Assembly (NCBI GenBank): GCA_037379345.1 | Contig: CM074518.1 | Location: 10,354,001-10,418,000 of the forward strand | DNA length: 64,000 bases | Direction: 5' to 3' | From: Perna viridis | Taxonomy: Eukaryota | Shown here: piece after piece, positions 50,871-64,000 of the stretch | Position numbering within the stretch: position 1 is the stretch's first letter | How the letters are laid out: each line of letters opens with the position of its first letter | Made by a program: the position numbers and the translations under genes | Notes under the pieces: generated by a model | The model's input: the letters and a program-made list of their open reading frames with translations, nothing else | What the model was told of the DNA's origin: nothing | Database searches by the model: none

Positions 50871-53313
50871 GTTTTCTCTTTGTTGTCCTCATTATCAAAC
50901 TATGGTTATCCTAACAGTGAAGTGTACACCATTCTGTCGTTGAAAAAAATGTAATTACCAAGGCTTTAATGGTAAAAAAAGCATTTAGTTCTTACTATAA
51001 AAAATTAAATGAGCGCGTTGTCGACAAACCGAAGACTTACATGTGCACGTTATCTCGTAATCGAAATACGAATTAATTCTAAATCCCAGTATTAAACATA
51101 GATAATTAAGCATCAAAATCATCTCATATCATAGTGTTTTGTTTTAGGAGGTGACCAGGCCATATAATTTTGCATCAACAGCCTTGAATAGGGGTAGAGT
51201 TAAGACAGGACAGGTGTAACAGGAGAGCATGATTTGACCTACAAAATGATATTCCGCCACCAAGAATCGAGCCTTAGACTGCTTTAACCAAGTCAATTGA
51301 CTGGCTATTTAAATATCACTACCTACTACAATACAGCAAGATGGTCTTGCCTCATTTCCCCCACTTTAAGTCTTTGTATCACGAACAACTCTAGCTCATT
51401 AGCTAACCAAACCCTGTTGGTTTTTAGTTGGGCACCAAATGTAACTGGAGAGCATGATTTGACCCACAAAATTATACTCTGCCACCTAGGATTAAACCCT
51501 AGACTGCTCAGTGACGAGCCATCAACAAACTAATTTGGCTAAAGAATCCTTTAGCCAAGTCAATTAACTGGCTATTTAAATCCCCCAACCCTGCTGTGCC
51601 ATACAGGATTACTTTCTTACTTAGAGAGCAAGTCAAATTTTGAATTTACTTGTCCTATCCTATTGTTTTATTACATATGTTGTCTGAATATCTGTCTCCA
51701 AGTCCATATGGTAGGGAGCCTGCGGTAAAAGAAGCAAACTCCTGTAGATTGACCAAAGCCATAATTTACCACCTAGTTCTGTTAATATGACATTTTGAAC
51801 AATTTTGATTTATAGTTTTGACTAAGGTTAACACACTGGCATTGTTAGTTAATTAAACATGCCAGACACTGATACAACAATTACTGTTGCGATATACATG
51901 TAGATATCCTGTAATTTAATGATCCTACATTTTTTTGGTACCAAATGTTCATTATTGAAAAAAATACTATATCAGTATAAGCTGTCAGGGAATGTACATG
52001 TGTGTATTAGAGGGAAGTTATTTGTATATATCTATATAGAACACTACCATTGATATTTGGCCAATTTTCTCAAATTTCTCTGTTGACAATAGGGTAACTT
52101 TGCTTTAAAGGGTGTTTGTAAAAACCACTTGATGAATTTTGATCAGTGGTATACCAAATTAAAGATAAAATATTGGAGAATGGCATCAGTATTTTTTATA
52201 TATATAGAATAAAAGGAATGTAAATATTTATAAAGTTCAAATTTACATGTAGTTCTTTTTGGACAAATACACAAATGTATGCATAAAAATAACTTTTTAA
52301 AGGTTCATTAAGGATGATTTTGTCATTGAGGATTTGTTTCTTGAGAATACATGTAGAGAACATTTGAAAAACAATATGGCTAAATTAACCACTGACTTGA
52401 ATGGACATTTCACTGATATTGATAGTCTTTCTTGTAGAACGTCTTGACCAATGTGTTATGCAAATTATAACTTGTTCTTCAGTTGGTAAATTGGTGGACT
52501 AAATAAAACTTATCTTAAAATTAAATTAAAATGACAAAGGAATTTTTGCTGGCTCAGCACCATCATTTTTATGCCCCACCACAAGTTTCAAGGTATTAAG
52601 TTTTACCCTCCAAAAATAAAAAGTGAAAAAAAGATGAACATATTTTCTCCAACAAGATACACTCTATATATCAAACTGTGCATGTACCTAAAAATACAAG
52701 AACTTATTAAAATTAGTGGATAAAAATACCTGCATATATAAAAGAAAAAAATACATATGATTTAAGGGTTATTAATTTATTCTTAATGCATTCTTTGTAT
52801 TGTGAACATTTCTACAATCCATGAAATTCATTGCACAGTCTATGGGGGGACCCTTTGTCTAAGCAAATTTAATCCAAAACAAAATCTCCACATTTATGTC
52901 AAATGAAATGTTTTTGACAAATTTAAAAAAAAAACATTGCAGAGGAAAATGATCACAGAAAGCAGTATGCATCTGGTTTTTCATGGGGTTTTATTCTGTA
53001 CATTCTTTTTCTTACATTCTTGAGCTTAGATAAACTGTCTAAATTTCACATGTTCTCATTTTCAAATCTTTTAAATGTGTTGCTTGTCATTGTAAATTCT
53101 TTTTTCTTTAAAACAAAGCCAGTGGAATTATCTCAGCCATTTATATTTAAATTTCCTCTTGATTGTTAATTTCGTACTGCTTCCTCTGGTTGGTATCTTT
53201 TTTTAGGAGATCCGAAAACATCATTTGGTTTGTCGCCATTGCATTAAAAATAGCATGTACATGAAATATTTTTTATTTTCAGGTAATGTCTTTCTCTTGA
53301 ATTGTAAAGTAAG

Positions 53314-56300
53314 ATGTCAACCAGTTATGGGGGGCATCAAATAAAGCCAAAAATACAGACATCTACAAGGAAAACAGTATACCCATTGCCTCAAGAATTG
53401 GCTGAGAAAGTTATAAAGGATAGAGGCAGAAATGCTTATGTTGTAGTTTTTGATACTGATGTTAATTATAATAAGTCCTCAGAACAAAAGAATGCACAAA
53501 GGCCGAATAAAGAACCTAATGTGGAGACAAGTAATTATAAATTAGATAACCAGAAACCTCCAAGATTAAAAACCGGTAATGAAGATGTCAAAATTAACTT
53601 CTCCAACCTAGAATTTGAAGATTATGATAGCACTAAAACATCTGTAAAAGTCTTTACTGATGATGAAACTGAAGGTGACAGTGAAAGTGTTGTAAAGAAA
53701 GAGTCATTAGATGAAGGATATGGAGAAGCCGAAAATGGTTCTCCACAACAATACAAGAAATCCTCGGAACCAATTGCTGGGTATATGGTCATACCACCCA
53801 CTCTATCCACACCTTTATCCAAGTTTGACCTATCTGGATCGTCAGGGTACTTCAGTGGAGGAAGTGGCAACCTGTCAGAATTTACTAACACCAGTCCACT
53901 ACCTACTTCTGATCAAGGGTTTCATCATCCGGCTACCAGACAGATTATTTTAATGCAATCTTCAACATTATATGATGGTAGTGATATTTTGCCACATCAG
54001 TATGTTAATATATCACCAATGTCATCATTGGCAGCTGGTTTCCAAAATGTTGCAAGAATTGATTCACCAACAGTATTTTCTACTAAAAAATTCACAGGTG
54101 CTGATGCTTTCTCATTACCTGAAAACTCTCATGAACAGGGAAAGCAGCTGTCATCTGAAACACAAGTGGTTGAATGTTTACCTCAGTCTTCAACATTACC
54201 TTGTTCAACATCAAGATCTAAAACACCACCATTTAAATGGGAACATGTGGAAAATCGGATAGTTATTCAAGCACCAAATAAAAAGCAAATGGATTTGACA
54301 TTGCCTGAAGTGCAGGTAACCAACTCTAAGCAAAAGTCACAGCAGAACAAACAAAAGAATTTCAAAGACAACTCTGCTCTAGAGCAGAAAACTCCACAAA
54401 AGATAGGTGATGTTGTTATTCATTGTGATGTAAAACAGAAAGAAACTGTTGTGATGGTACAACATGGAGACAGTCAAAACTATGCCATAGGTCATATTTC
54501 AGTATCTGATTCCTTAGATCCTCAATTTAGAGGAAACCATATGCTGCAAACCTCATCCCTTATGCCAGTAGTAGAACATGGTGATAGTAATTCCCAAGGC
54601 TTTATCTGTACTAATCCACAGGAGACCACTGGATGTGTTACATACAAACAAAATTCATATGAAACCTTTCTTAGAAATGAAAAAGGTATAAAATGCTTTT
54701 GTCTATAGATACTACTGCTTGATTTAAACATGTTAGTGTGATGTCATCAGTTTAGCCCTCTTTTATTTACCTTCAAAGTGTAGTTCACTTCAATTAGAAA
54801 ACATGTTTTAGGATGGAATCATATGCCCGTGTACTTCAGATGAAAATAGAAATAAAAACTAGTACTGTGAATACTGCCTGATATATCTTAAAATGCTTGT
54901 ACAAACATTGTACATTTTTGTTTGATCTTAATTGAAATGCTTTAAGAAACTATGAAATTATTTCCCTTAAGTATTAGAATGCCCATTCAATTTTAATTAT
55001 ATGAACTAAATGACCTCCTTTTCTTTCATTGTGTTCCTCTGCCCAAATACATGTATACATGTATATATATTTTATATCAATATAGTACTTACAGGACAAT
55101 GGAATGCACAAAATCAATTAAAACCCCTTTTTATACCCCGCCACATATAGTCACATGGTATTAGAGTTACAGTACTCCCAGAGAGGGAGAATTCCCTTAC
55201 TTATATTTCGGTGTCCAGTGGGATCACAGATTACAGAGTCCACTTTTAAAATCCTACAAGTGGTTTCTCTCATCTGGGAGTATTTCGGAGTCACTCCATG
55301 TATTTTATTACCTTGTGTATTGTAATCATGTTCACCTGACAGGTAAGACAGAATGTTGGTAGTACTTCAAAGGATAATCAGGGCAATAAAAAACTTCCAG
55401 CTGTGAGTATTTTTTATTGCCTTTTGGAGGTAGTATGCCAAGGTCACTCCAAAAAGTGACACAAAAATGGGAGTTTGAGAATTTATACTCTCTGGGTGTA
55501 CTATATATACTCCCAGGTAAATTTTGTGGTGGTGTGCCTGACCATCTGTCCCCACTTTCCTGATGATAAATTTGAGAACGGTTCAGTGATTTGTTTTGAA
55601 ACTCTGCAGAGTTGTTTAGTACTATAAAATGCAGGTTAAGTTCATTTTTCAGCTTAATCCAAAAAAATACCATTTCTGACTCTCTACCATCCCCCTCTTT
55701 TACAGTTACACGTTTCCAGATGATAGCTTGACAATGAATAAAAGAATTCCTTTGAACTTCACTCAGTTGTTTAATACTATGAAATACAGGTTAACTTTTA
55801 TTTTCAGCTAAATTAAAAAAAAAGAGGGAACATGTTTCAATTTATGCTCTTTAAATCCTACAGGCAACATTTATATATATAATCAGTGTGGCAGGTACAT
55901 TTGTATCATTTAATGTCCCATTAGATGCCCTATTTTTGATATTTCAGAAGTGTTGGACACTTCATTAACTAACATTCAGTGGCTTGGTGGCATACAGCTG
56001 AGAAATCCAACTAAGGCAGACAAACCAGAATCTACAAAGTCTAACCACAATGGAAATTCAATTCAATGGAAGAGAATGAGCACAGAAGATATTGTTAGGG
56101 TAAAATACTTTGAATTTCCATGCATGCTTAAAATTTATCAAAAGCTAACCTACTATTGTACAGTCATCAAATAAAAGGGTATTTAAAGTTTGTGGTGTCT
56201 AAAATCAAGTCTGGGCTTCTAACACATTGATCAGTGGACGTGCTGGCATGTGCAGTGATTCCCAAAGTTTGTCAGACATGTTGGGTAAAAATTGAGTTTG

Positions 56301-59300
56301 AAATATTTTTTTTTTATTTCCTTAAGAATATCCTGCCTGCAGTATTTCGCATATCTCTCGCCACTTTTGACTAATAAGGCATCCGATTTTGAATTTTTCA
56401 TTTAAAACATCCCTGCCAGCATTTTCAATTAGATTTCAGATATCTCATACAGTTCTCATTTTATTAGGGGCCATGCCCCAAAAATATCTTCTTTTTTTTA
56501 TATATATATTCTGGTCTGATTTTGACACAATTTTAAATTTTATTCCTCATGAAAATCTCTGCCTGTGTTTTTCAATCGCAAAGGCAAAGGTCATAAGGCA
56601 TCCTTAATGAAAACTTTCTTAGATACCTGATTGAATGTAAATTTTTGTGCAATATTGTGTCCAAACCAGTTATGTCCATAATGAACTGTAAGTCGCTATG
56701 CTTAAGTGTGTCAGAATCTATCGTGTCCACACTTATCCCAAGTAAACAAGAGTTCAGCATGCTGTGGTCATATCATGCTGCTCTCTGGGAAGCACCATTA
56801 TCTATATGGTATATGTTAGGTATTGCATGTGGAGACTTGAATATAATATTGAGTGAACTACATTACATGCGTTTGTTAGTTGTCTTAGTTCATTTTGACT
56901 TTATTTTTAAGAGGGATAGTTAAGGCCTTTATTTAAAAAGAACTACTTTAACCCTAATGCAGATTTCATGTGCCTGTCCACAGTCAAAGGATGTTGGTCA
57001 TTAATGTGCCTTTGTGTCATATTCTTTTTAGTTCAGATTTGAAGATCGTCATAGTTCTGTTTCTGTTGATATTTTTACTATTATTGTTACAGACAGAAAT
57101 TGGGCATGTTAATTGGTGGGCCTGTTAAATATTGTAGTGGCCCAAATGGCCTGTGTCCTTAAAAGTTTAGTGTGAAGACTGATTGCACTTGGTCATTTTC
57201 AATAGTTTTTGAACCAATATGTGTTATGAATTTCTATTTAACCATGTTTTCAATGAGACAGCTGTGTGTAGGTGTAAATTGGAATTCCAATGGGAACTTT
57301 CTTTTTACGATTTCCCAGTGCAAAAATATTTTAAGCATTACATAGGGTGACTAAAATTAATAATAATACATGTAAATGTATCAGAATTGTCTACAGATTG
57401 CTGCTGAATGTGGAAAGACTAAGCGTCCACCATTTTCCTACATGACCTTGATACAGATGGCACTACACAGTAAAGAAGATAAAAGAATGCGATTACGAGA
57501 CATCTGTGCTTGGATAGAAAACACATTCCCATATTACAAATACACAGCAAAACCTGGGTGGAGGGTAAGTAGTAACATTACAGTTAACTCCTGATTTACA
57601 TTTCTCTGCTTTCTTTTTCTTATAGCCCCGTGCAGGTCCGGGTGTTAAAAGAATAGGCCTGCAGCAACGCTAAGCTTGTCGTATAAGGCGACTAAATAGT
57701 GCTCAGAAACCTAGCCGGGGCTAGGCGCTCTGCCCACAGAGCAACTGGGATGTGTGCCCCAGGTGGTGGAATGGGGTACCCCTGGCGTGTTACATGCTGG
57801 GGTTGTCAGGCTATTATACGGAAAACCTGACTGCAAACCATAGTGGTGCACCGTGTTGGGAAAGATGCCACGTTCCTCGCACGTTAAAGAACCCTGCTGT
57901 GGTATTCGATAGGAGTAGGAACCTTTGCGCTCCGCCACAGGAGGCTAAATTGCCCTACCTTACCCATCCCCCCTTTTTCCAGTGGCAATCAAAATTTGTC
58001 GACCCTATTATTCTTGTGACCCATCCTTTTTTTTTTTTTCGTTTCATGTTCATTTTATCATCCATTTCATGTTCATTGTCTGAATATAGCTGAAATATTG
58101 CTGCTCAGACGTTAAACCCCAACAAACAAACAAGCAAATCTTATTCTTATAGGTCAGTAAATCTGTTTTGTTTTGTATTCAAGTGGAATATTAAGAAATT
58201 TTATTAACCAAATTTTCTAAGGGAAAAATGGTTATCATTGTCTGTGCAATAACTTGAAAAGTTTCTGGCAGACTCTTTTTCAAATTTGGATTTATTGTTT
58301 CATTTGATAAAATGAAGGTTAAGCTTGATTTTTTTCAAATATCACTCTATTATTTCTGAATGTGGCCATTTTTTGTTACAAAAATAGGGACTTTGACCCT
58401 TGTTTGTACTATAACTTGTAAAGTATTTGGCAGTTTCTTTTCAAATTTGGATGTACAATGTATTGATTCATGTGATAAAATAAAGGTCAAGTTTTATTTT
58501 TACAAATTTGTTTAATGTCATTTCTGAATGTGGCAATTTTTGTTATGAAATAGGGACTTTGACAGTTATTTACAGTTCTGATTTCATTGTTAAGTTTTAT
58601 GTTAAAACAGATTCATTAAAACTTTTTTTCACAAAATTACAGTACAATGTATTGATTTCTAACTTTTCAAACATGCATCTAGTAGTCAGAATATTTCCCT
58701 ATAAAGCAGGTAGCTTAGATTGTAGGATTTTATTTAGAAAGAAATTTCCTTTTGCATCAGTTTTGAGGTACTTATGATTTAAAGACATGATTGATACATT
58801 GATAATCTTTTTGCACTTATTTCTTCAACATATCAGACTCCATGGTTTAATATAAGATTACCCTGGCACTTTCCTGATTCTTTTTGTGATTTTCTTTTAT
58901 TTGAATTTCAGAATTCAATCCGACACAATCTTTCCTTATACAGTATTTTTGAAAGAGAGACAACAAAGAAACATGGGTCCTATTGGACTGTTCGGGATGA
59001 TTGTCCTGAAAAATTGAAGTCCTGTCCAGGAAGAGACATTAAAAAAGGTCTGTCTTTTGTCTCCATAATTTTGAAACGTAGATTTTGCAACTATTGCATG
59101 CAGCAAAATAAGAAAGGCAAGCATATGTGAATAAATCTATTGTTTTGAGAAGAGCAAACAAATTTTAGTCTTAAAAAAACTAAATAAATGTATGGACCTG
59201 CATCACCACCATATATTTGATGGCACATATTTCAATGTACTCATAAACACAAAGCAAACTGCTAGAAATATAAGAATTTCTTACTGATTGAATGTTCACA

Positions 59301-62300
59301 CCTTCTGTGCCAAGTTTGTATAACATTGGTAAATTTATCCTTTTTATTTCCAGAGGAAAAAGTGGAACCACCAGCACCATTTGGTGGAATGATTCCAGTT
59401 CTTCCATCATTTGTTCCTCAATCCACTGCCTCTACTTCATGTACAGTTACTCAGGGTAAAAAAAGAGGTAAGTGTCTTAATAAACATGTATTGGCATATT
59501 TGATAAAATTATGTAAAGTTGTGTTTCAGTTTGAATATTTAGTATTGTAGGTCGTTGTCTTAAGTGAATGAAAAAGTATCTTAAAATAATTGTTAGAACA
59601 GTTGATAAAGTATTTGGTTAAATATCGTTAACTTGAAATGATTGAAGCCTTCATTTTATCAAATGATTTTATTTTTATTTTTCAGTAGGACCACAGCCCA
59701 TTTTACCTCGACCCTCTCCTGTAAATAATGGATCTCTTCAGACTTATGCACTTATACCTATCCAGGGTGTCACCAACTCGACTACTCAAAGCCAAAGTCT
59801 TTCTATGCCATTATCAAGCTCACAGGAATCAACTAGTAGTGAAAGTAAGGCCAGCTTTAATATTTATAGTTTTTTGTTTGGAAATACAAACATGACAAAC
59901 ACTAAAAGAAAATTCTCAAAAATTAGTGCTTGCAACTTAGGTTTTTTATGCAACCCCCTTTTAAATGAGGCTTATAGTTTAATCATTGCATCATACTGTC
60001 ATCCTTCACTAACAGTTTTCTAGATTTAAAAAAAGATGTAGGTCCTAGACTTAAAATAACTCCTAAAATAATGTATCTCGTGACTTCAACCAGTGTCCTA
60101 CAGCTTGTGTTTGAAACTTTAGTGATATTTCTGTTATACCAATATGCTTCTATCCTTGTTCTACATTCTAAATCCTCTGAATAAACTGACGTACTGTAAT
60201 TATTATTGAGTTAGTTACAACGTTAACACCACTTATTTTGAACTAACTGTTTACAAAGTATATTAATTGGCTTTAGATGAGTTAGATTTGCTTGCTCTAT
60301 GATATTGTTAATTTTAATAAAAATACAATCATTTATGATTTACCAAGGATCAGAAAAACATATTTACAGTTTCCATTTTAATGAATTATTAACTTACTAC
60401 CTGTGTCATCAATGATGACAGCAGTTCTAGTAGCTGCACGGCTTTCCATCTTTTCTTCCATCACATAATTGGGTACTCACTTAGTGTATTCTGTAACTCA
60501 AATCGTATTAAAGCAATGTTCTTCTATCACATTAATGGGTACTCACTTAATGTAATTTGTAACTCAAAATGTTTTAAAAGCAATATTATTCAAACTGCAT
60601 AGTGATTATATACATATTGAGATGTGCACCTCCAATTATGGAGAAATTTAATTACCAATAGTTTTTCCTACATTTTGATCATGTTGAACTTAGCCATTTT
60701 TTTCATGTTGTGTATGGTATCTACTTTGTATAATCTGTAACTCATAAAGTATTAAAGCTGTGCACCTCTTTATAGAGAAGTTTTATATTTTTCCCTACTA
60801 TTTTAGCATATTGAACTTTAATAGCCATTTTCTCAGAAGTATATGCTATCATTAGGACATTACATATGGAATTTTATAACCCACAATGTATTTTTTTTGT
60901 CTTGGTTTGTATTTATATAATATTGAAGACACTTATGTGCTGACAAAAATATGATGATGTGGGTTCAGACATTTATTGGTCTTGTTCTAGAAGTATAGAT
61001 TAAGATTATAATAAAAAAAAATAAATGTAATGTGCAATTACACATGAAATTAATTTGTGACTTAAAGTTTTTGGTATATCAAATTTGTAGTAGAGAATTT
61101 TGAAATACAATCAAGTTTTATTTTTGTTGGCATTGTTCTATTCATTTACAAAGTAAATGTATATTTTTCCATTTTCATATCTTTAGTCTTAATTTTTTTA
61201 GATGATGGTCCCACTTTACAAACCTGATTTTCTTCCACTTTAAAGCAGAATTCTGCTTTTTCAAATCCAGATTTTACTGTCTTAATTTTTTTACTGTATA
61301 TTTACTTACAATGTTACCAGTTTCTGTATTGCTTGTTGACCTCATAAAATCAGATCTGACTTTTAATCTTGGGATCAGGTAAAAAAAAAATTAACATTAT
61401 ATCTTGATTTAATCTTTATTACTTCCAAAAATTTCATCCTTATTGGACTAATTTTAGTGTTTGAGATATGTAACATTGGAATAGGGACACTTTATCTCTG
61501 AAGTCTGTTAGACTCGCTTTTTACTGTGTACTGTATTTTTTCATATCTTTATCAATCATTCTCATTTTAGGTTCTCAAAGTGATTCTAAGAAGGGTAAAA
61601 CAAGGAAAATTGCTCCTAAGTTATCACCATCATTACTAATGTCACCACCTAATCTTCTGAAACAAGCTTGGATGGATTCTCAATTTGCCAGCAGTAGTGA
61701 AACAGACAATGAACTACACAAGGTTCATTGTGAGGGCAACAGAAGTGATAATGAGACCTGTGCTAAGAAGCCAAAGACTGGGCTGCCCCAGCCTAAAATA
61801 TATGCCAAAAATACTCAACCTTTAAGGAGAACTAAATCTAGACGTAAACAAAAATTAGTTCCAAAAGAAAGAGAATTAATGCAGGATAGTTCAGATGAAG
61901 AAAATGAGTATGCTAAATTTGTGTCCAAGTTAGAAGAGGATTTACCTACACCTGTTAGAAAGATGCTTGATGATAATGTAAAGGAAGATGAATCTAGTGC
62001 AATAACCTCCACACCTCTTAAAAACTCAAGACTGTCTCCACAGCTACCCTCACCTTTCTCAGGTCTTACACCACTGAAAAGTGAAAATATTCTTGACAGT
62101 AGCTTTCTAGAATGTTTACGAGACTCTCCTCAAATGGCAGCTGCTAAAAAGTCCCCAATGTCACTTTTGTCCCCTAAGATAGACTTCAATTTCATTGGTT
62201 TGACTCCAATTAAAGGTTCTAGCCATGACAATTCATATAATCTGTCAAAGTTCTTGGCAGAATATCCACTTGATGCCCATATGGTTGAGGAAGCAGATGT

Positions 62301-62364
62301 GTTGCCGGTCGATCTATCTGCCCTGAACTGGAGTTCAGTTCATGCTCATTTAGATAATAGTTGA
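53314..62364 (+). CDS. FOXM1: Forkhead box protein M1, 964 aa, seven coding exons
   Basis: Exons 53314-54685, 55948-56099, 57397-57564, 58912-59047, 59354-59467, 59686-59844 and 61571-62364 total 2895 nt in frame. Forkhead domain KRPPFSYMTLIQMAL...AKPGWR|NSIRHNLSL. FoxM-type motifs LDTSLTNIQWL, PILPR, SRRKQKL, many S/T-P CDK sites, and C-terminal NLSKFL...LNWS. Confidence 0.93.
57626..58138 (+). mobile_element. Full-length non-autonomous retroelement (mollusc RUDI/V-SINE-like) in a FOXM1 intron
   Basis: GC-rich 513-bp insert flanked by a 14-bp target-site duplication with one mismatch (tctttttcttatag 57612-57625; tcttattcttatag 58139-58152). It has an (AAAC)n tail, the SINE-core-like motif GCACGTTAAAGAACCC, the 3' motif ATATAGCTGAAATATTGCTG...GACGTTAAAC, and a structured head that is not tRNA-like. 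The family name is from memory. Confidence 0.85.
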
Positions 62365-63127
62365 CTCTTTATTGAATGTTTGACTGTAAACTTGGTGAAT
62401 ATTTTCTTTGATGTTTCTGCAATAGCTTAATACACTAGCTTTATATTTCTATTTTTATTATTTCACTTGTACAGTGTAAAACCCTGTAACTTGATTTGGA
62501 CAAAGTTATTTTCCTTTATCACATTTATTAATTTTCTTTGGGACCAAGCCTTCTCAAATTGGTAAATTTTTGTTACAAGCATTTCTTGAAATTATTTATT
62601 CTTAAGAAATTACTTGATTGTTTTATTTGTTCATGGAGGAAAAATTTTAATTTTGACTGTTTGAACTTGAAATAATCAGCTACACATATTATACATTTTT
62701 AACATTGAAAATTTCTTTTACACTCCATTAACAAAAAGTTTTCCTAAAACAACTGTAAGCCTTGACAGTTTGATGAAGAAAACCGTCATGACCATTTTGT
62801 GATATAATTAAATGTAAGGTCAAACTATAAATATACTTTATTTTGATTTGATGTTCAGTTTAATTTATAAAATATTTTTTTAGAGGTACCAAGTTAATTT
62901 TCTTAGGGACACTTATATTTCTCGCCATTCCTAAAGTGCAATTAATGTGTATGAATCAGATTTGTATTTCTTAAAAGCAAATAGAATGTTATTTTTTTAT
63001 CTCAGTATGTTAAGGTATGATGTAAACAGATTAATTTCACATGGCATGAATGTTTTATAATGTATAGATCAACATGTACATATATTACACATGTTAAATG
63101 TTTTTAACATGCTACTATCAAATGTAA

Positions 63128-63133
63128 AATAAA
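63128..63133 (+). other. Possible FOXM1 polyadenylation signal
   Basis: AATAAA ~760 nt after the stop, followed by a T/GT-rich tract. Weak evidence in an AT-rich background. Confidence 0.3.
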
Positions 63134-64000
63134 TCTCTTATGTTGATTTGGAATGAATGAACTGTATCATTTATGTCTAAGTATTCTTTGTTAAAGATAC
63201 ATGTGTCTAATTTTAGATACTTTGTACATTGAAGCCTGTTAGATATATTAGTTAATGTCTTTTGTTATTTACTTGGTTAAGTAGTATTATCTAAGTATTT
63301 GAAGGAACTCTCATTTGTAATCTTTTTTGTTTTCCTTTTTTTGCCAAAAATGTATTCAAGTTACTTGTAATTGCTTGATAGATTTTCTAACTTGATTTTA
63401 GCAATTTATTTACCAATATTTTCAACATATCACAATATAAAGTGTAAACAAAGTCAGTAGTATCATTAAAGATCAAACATTAGTGCAATTTGATGAGCTA
63501 TATATTTGTAGAAATTCTTCTTAAATCCTGCTTAAATTTTTTTGCAGATAGTATTTATTCTGTACAATTTTGTCTAACCTGCAACAAAGAGCAAGACTTC
63601 GGTATAACATTTCCAGTGTCATCATCCACATGTAGATGTTAATTTTTAGCTTTCTGATAACATAAATTTAATATAAACCACTTGTGCTAAGTCAATTACT
63701 GTGGAAGTATTATTGTTCATGGGGTACCAATTTTTTTGGTTTTCATGGGTTTGGTAAACCACAAAATTTGGTTTCCAATGCAAAGGAAATTTCCCATTTG
63801 TTTGTAAGATAGAGTTGTCAAATCCATGATTTCAAGAATCTACGAACTGATAATTTTTCCATAAAGCACAAAAGTTGGTACTCACAAATATAAGTACTTT
63901 CACAGTTGATTATACTCCCATTCAATAAGTTTGTAGTATATTCCAATTACTTTGTTGACTGTCTTAAGTCCGTCGCAACTATCCAGGGATTATTTTTTTG

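Noticed and set aside
51220-51580. Locally duplicated ~90-bp segment with a B-box-like motif on the - strand
   Set aside because: No cloverleaf; at most degraded SINE fragments, too weak to call a tRNA.
57626-57705. Assigning the element head to the pistol or HDV-like ribozyme class
   Set aside because: The hairpin-loop pseudoknot with an A-rich linker recalls pistol, and GCGAC-UAA recalls HDV P4-J4/2. I could not build pistol P2 or the HDV nested double pseudoknot, so it is left unclassified.
3930-62012. Antisense ORFs overlapping exons (e.g. 3930-4142, 15862-16065, 29673-29882, 53622-53891, 61815-62012)
   Set aside because: Shadow ORFs of the real coding exons.

Overview
AT-rich, intron-rich animal genomic DNA. 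The repeat content looks molluscan, probably bivalve (inferred, not proven). Three protein-coding genes were reconstructed by hand from GT-AG boundaries and reading phase. (1) The 3' 36 coding exons of a LOXHD1 orthologue on + (1116-36260; 14 complete PLAT repeats plus part of one more; the 5' end lies outside the window). (2) RHNO1/RHINO on - (CDS 44614-41873, 318 aa). (3) FOXM1 on + (CDS 53314-62364, 964 aa). RHNO1 and FOXM1 sit head-to-head around a candidate bidirectional cell-cycle promoter (~50520-50870) with CCAAT, CHR, E2F-like, MYB and forkhead motifs, the same arrangement as in human. Introns carry minisatellites (three overlap splice sites), Kolobok-like and other MITEs, Helentron-type non-autonomous elements, a decayed minimal hammerhead ribozyme beside a structured repeat, and a full-length TSD-flanked 513-bp retroelement whose 5' end begins at a pseudoknotted RNA structure (candidate self-cleaving RNA). 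Comparisons with human proteins and repeat families are from memory; no searches were run.
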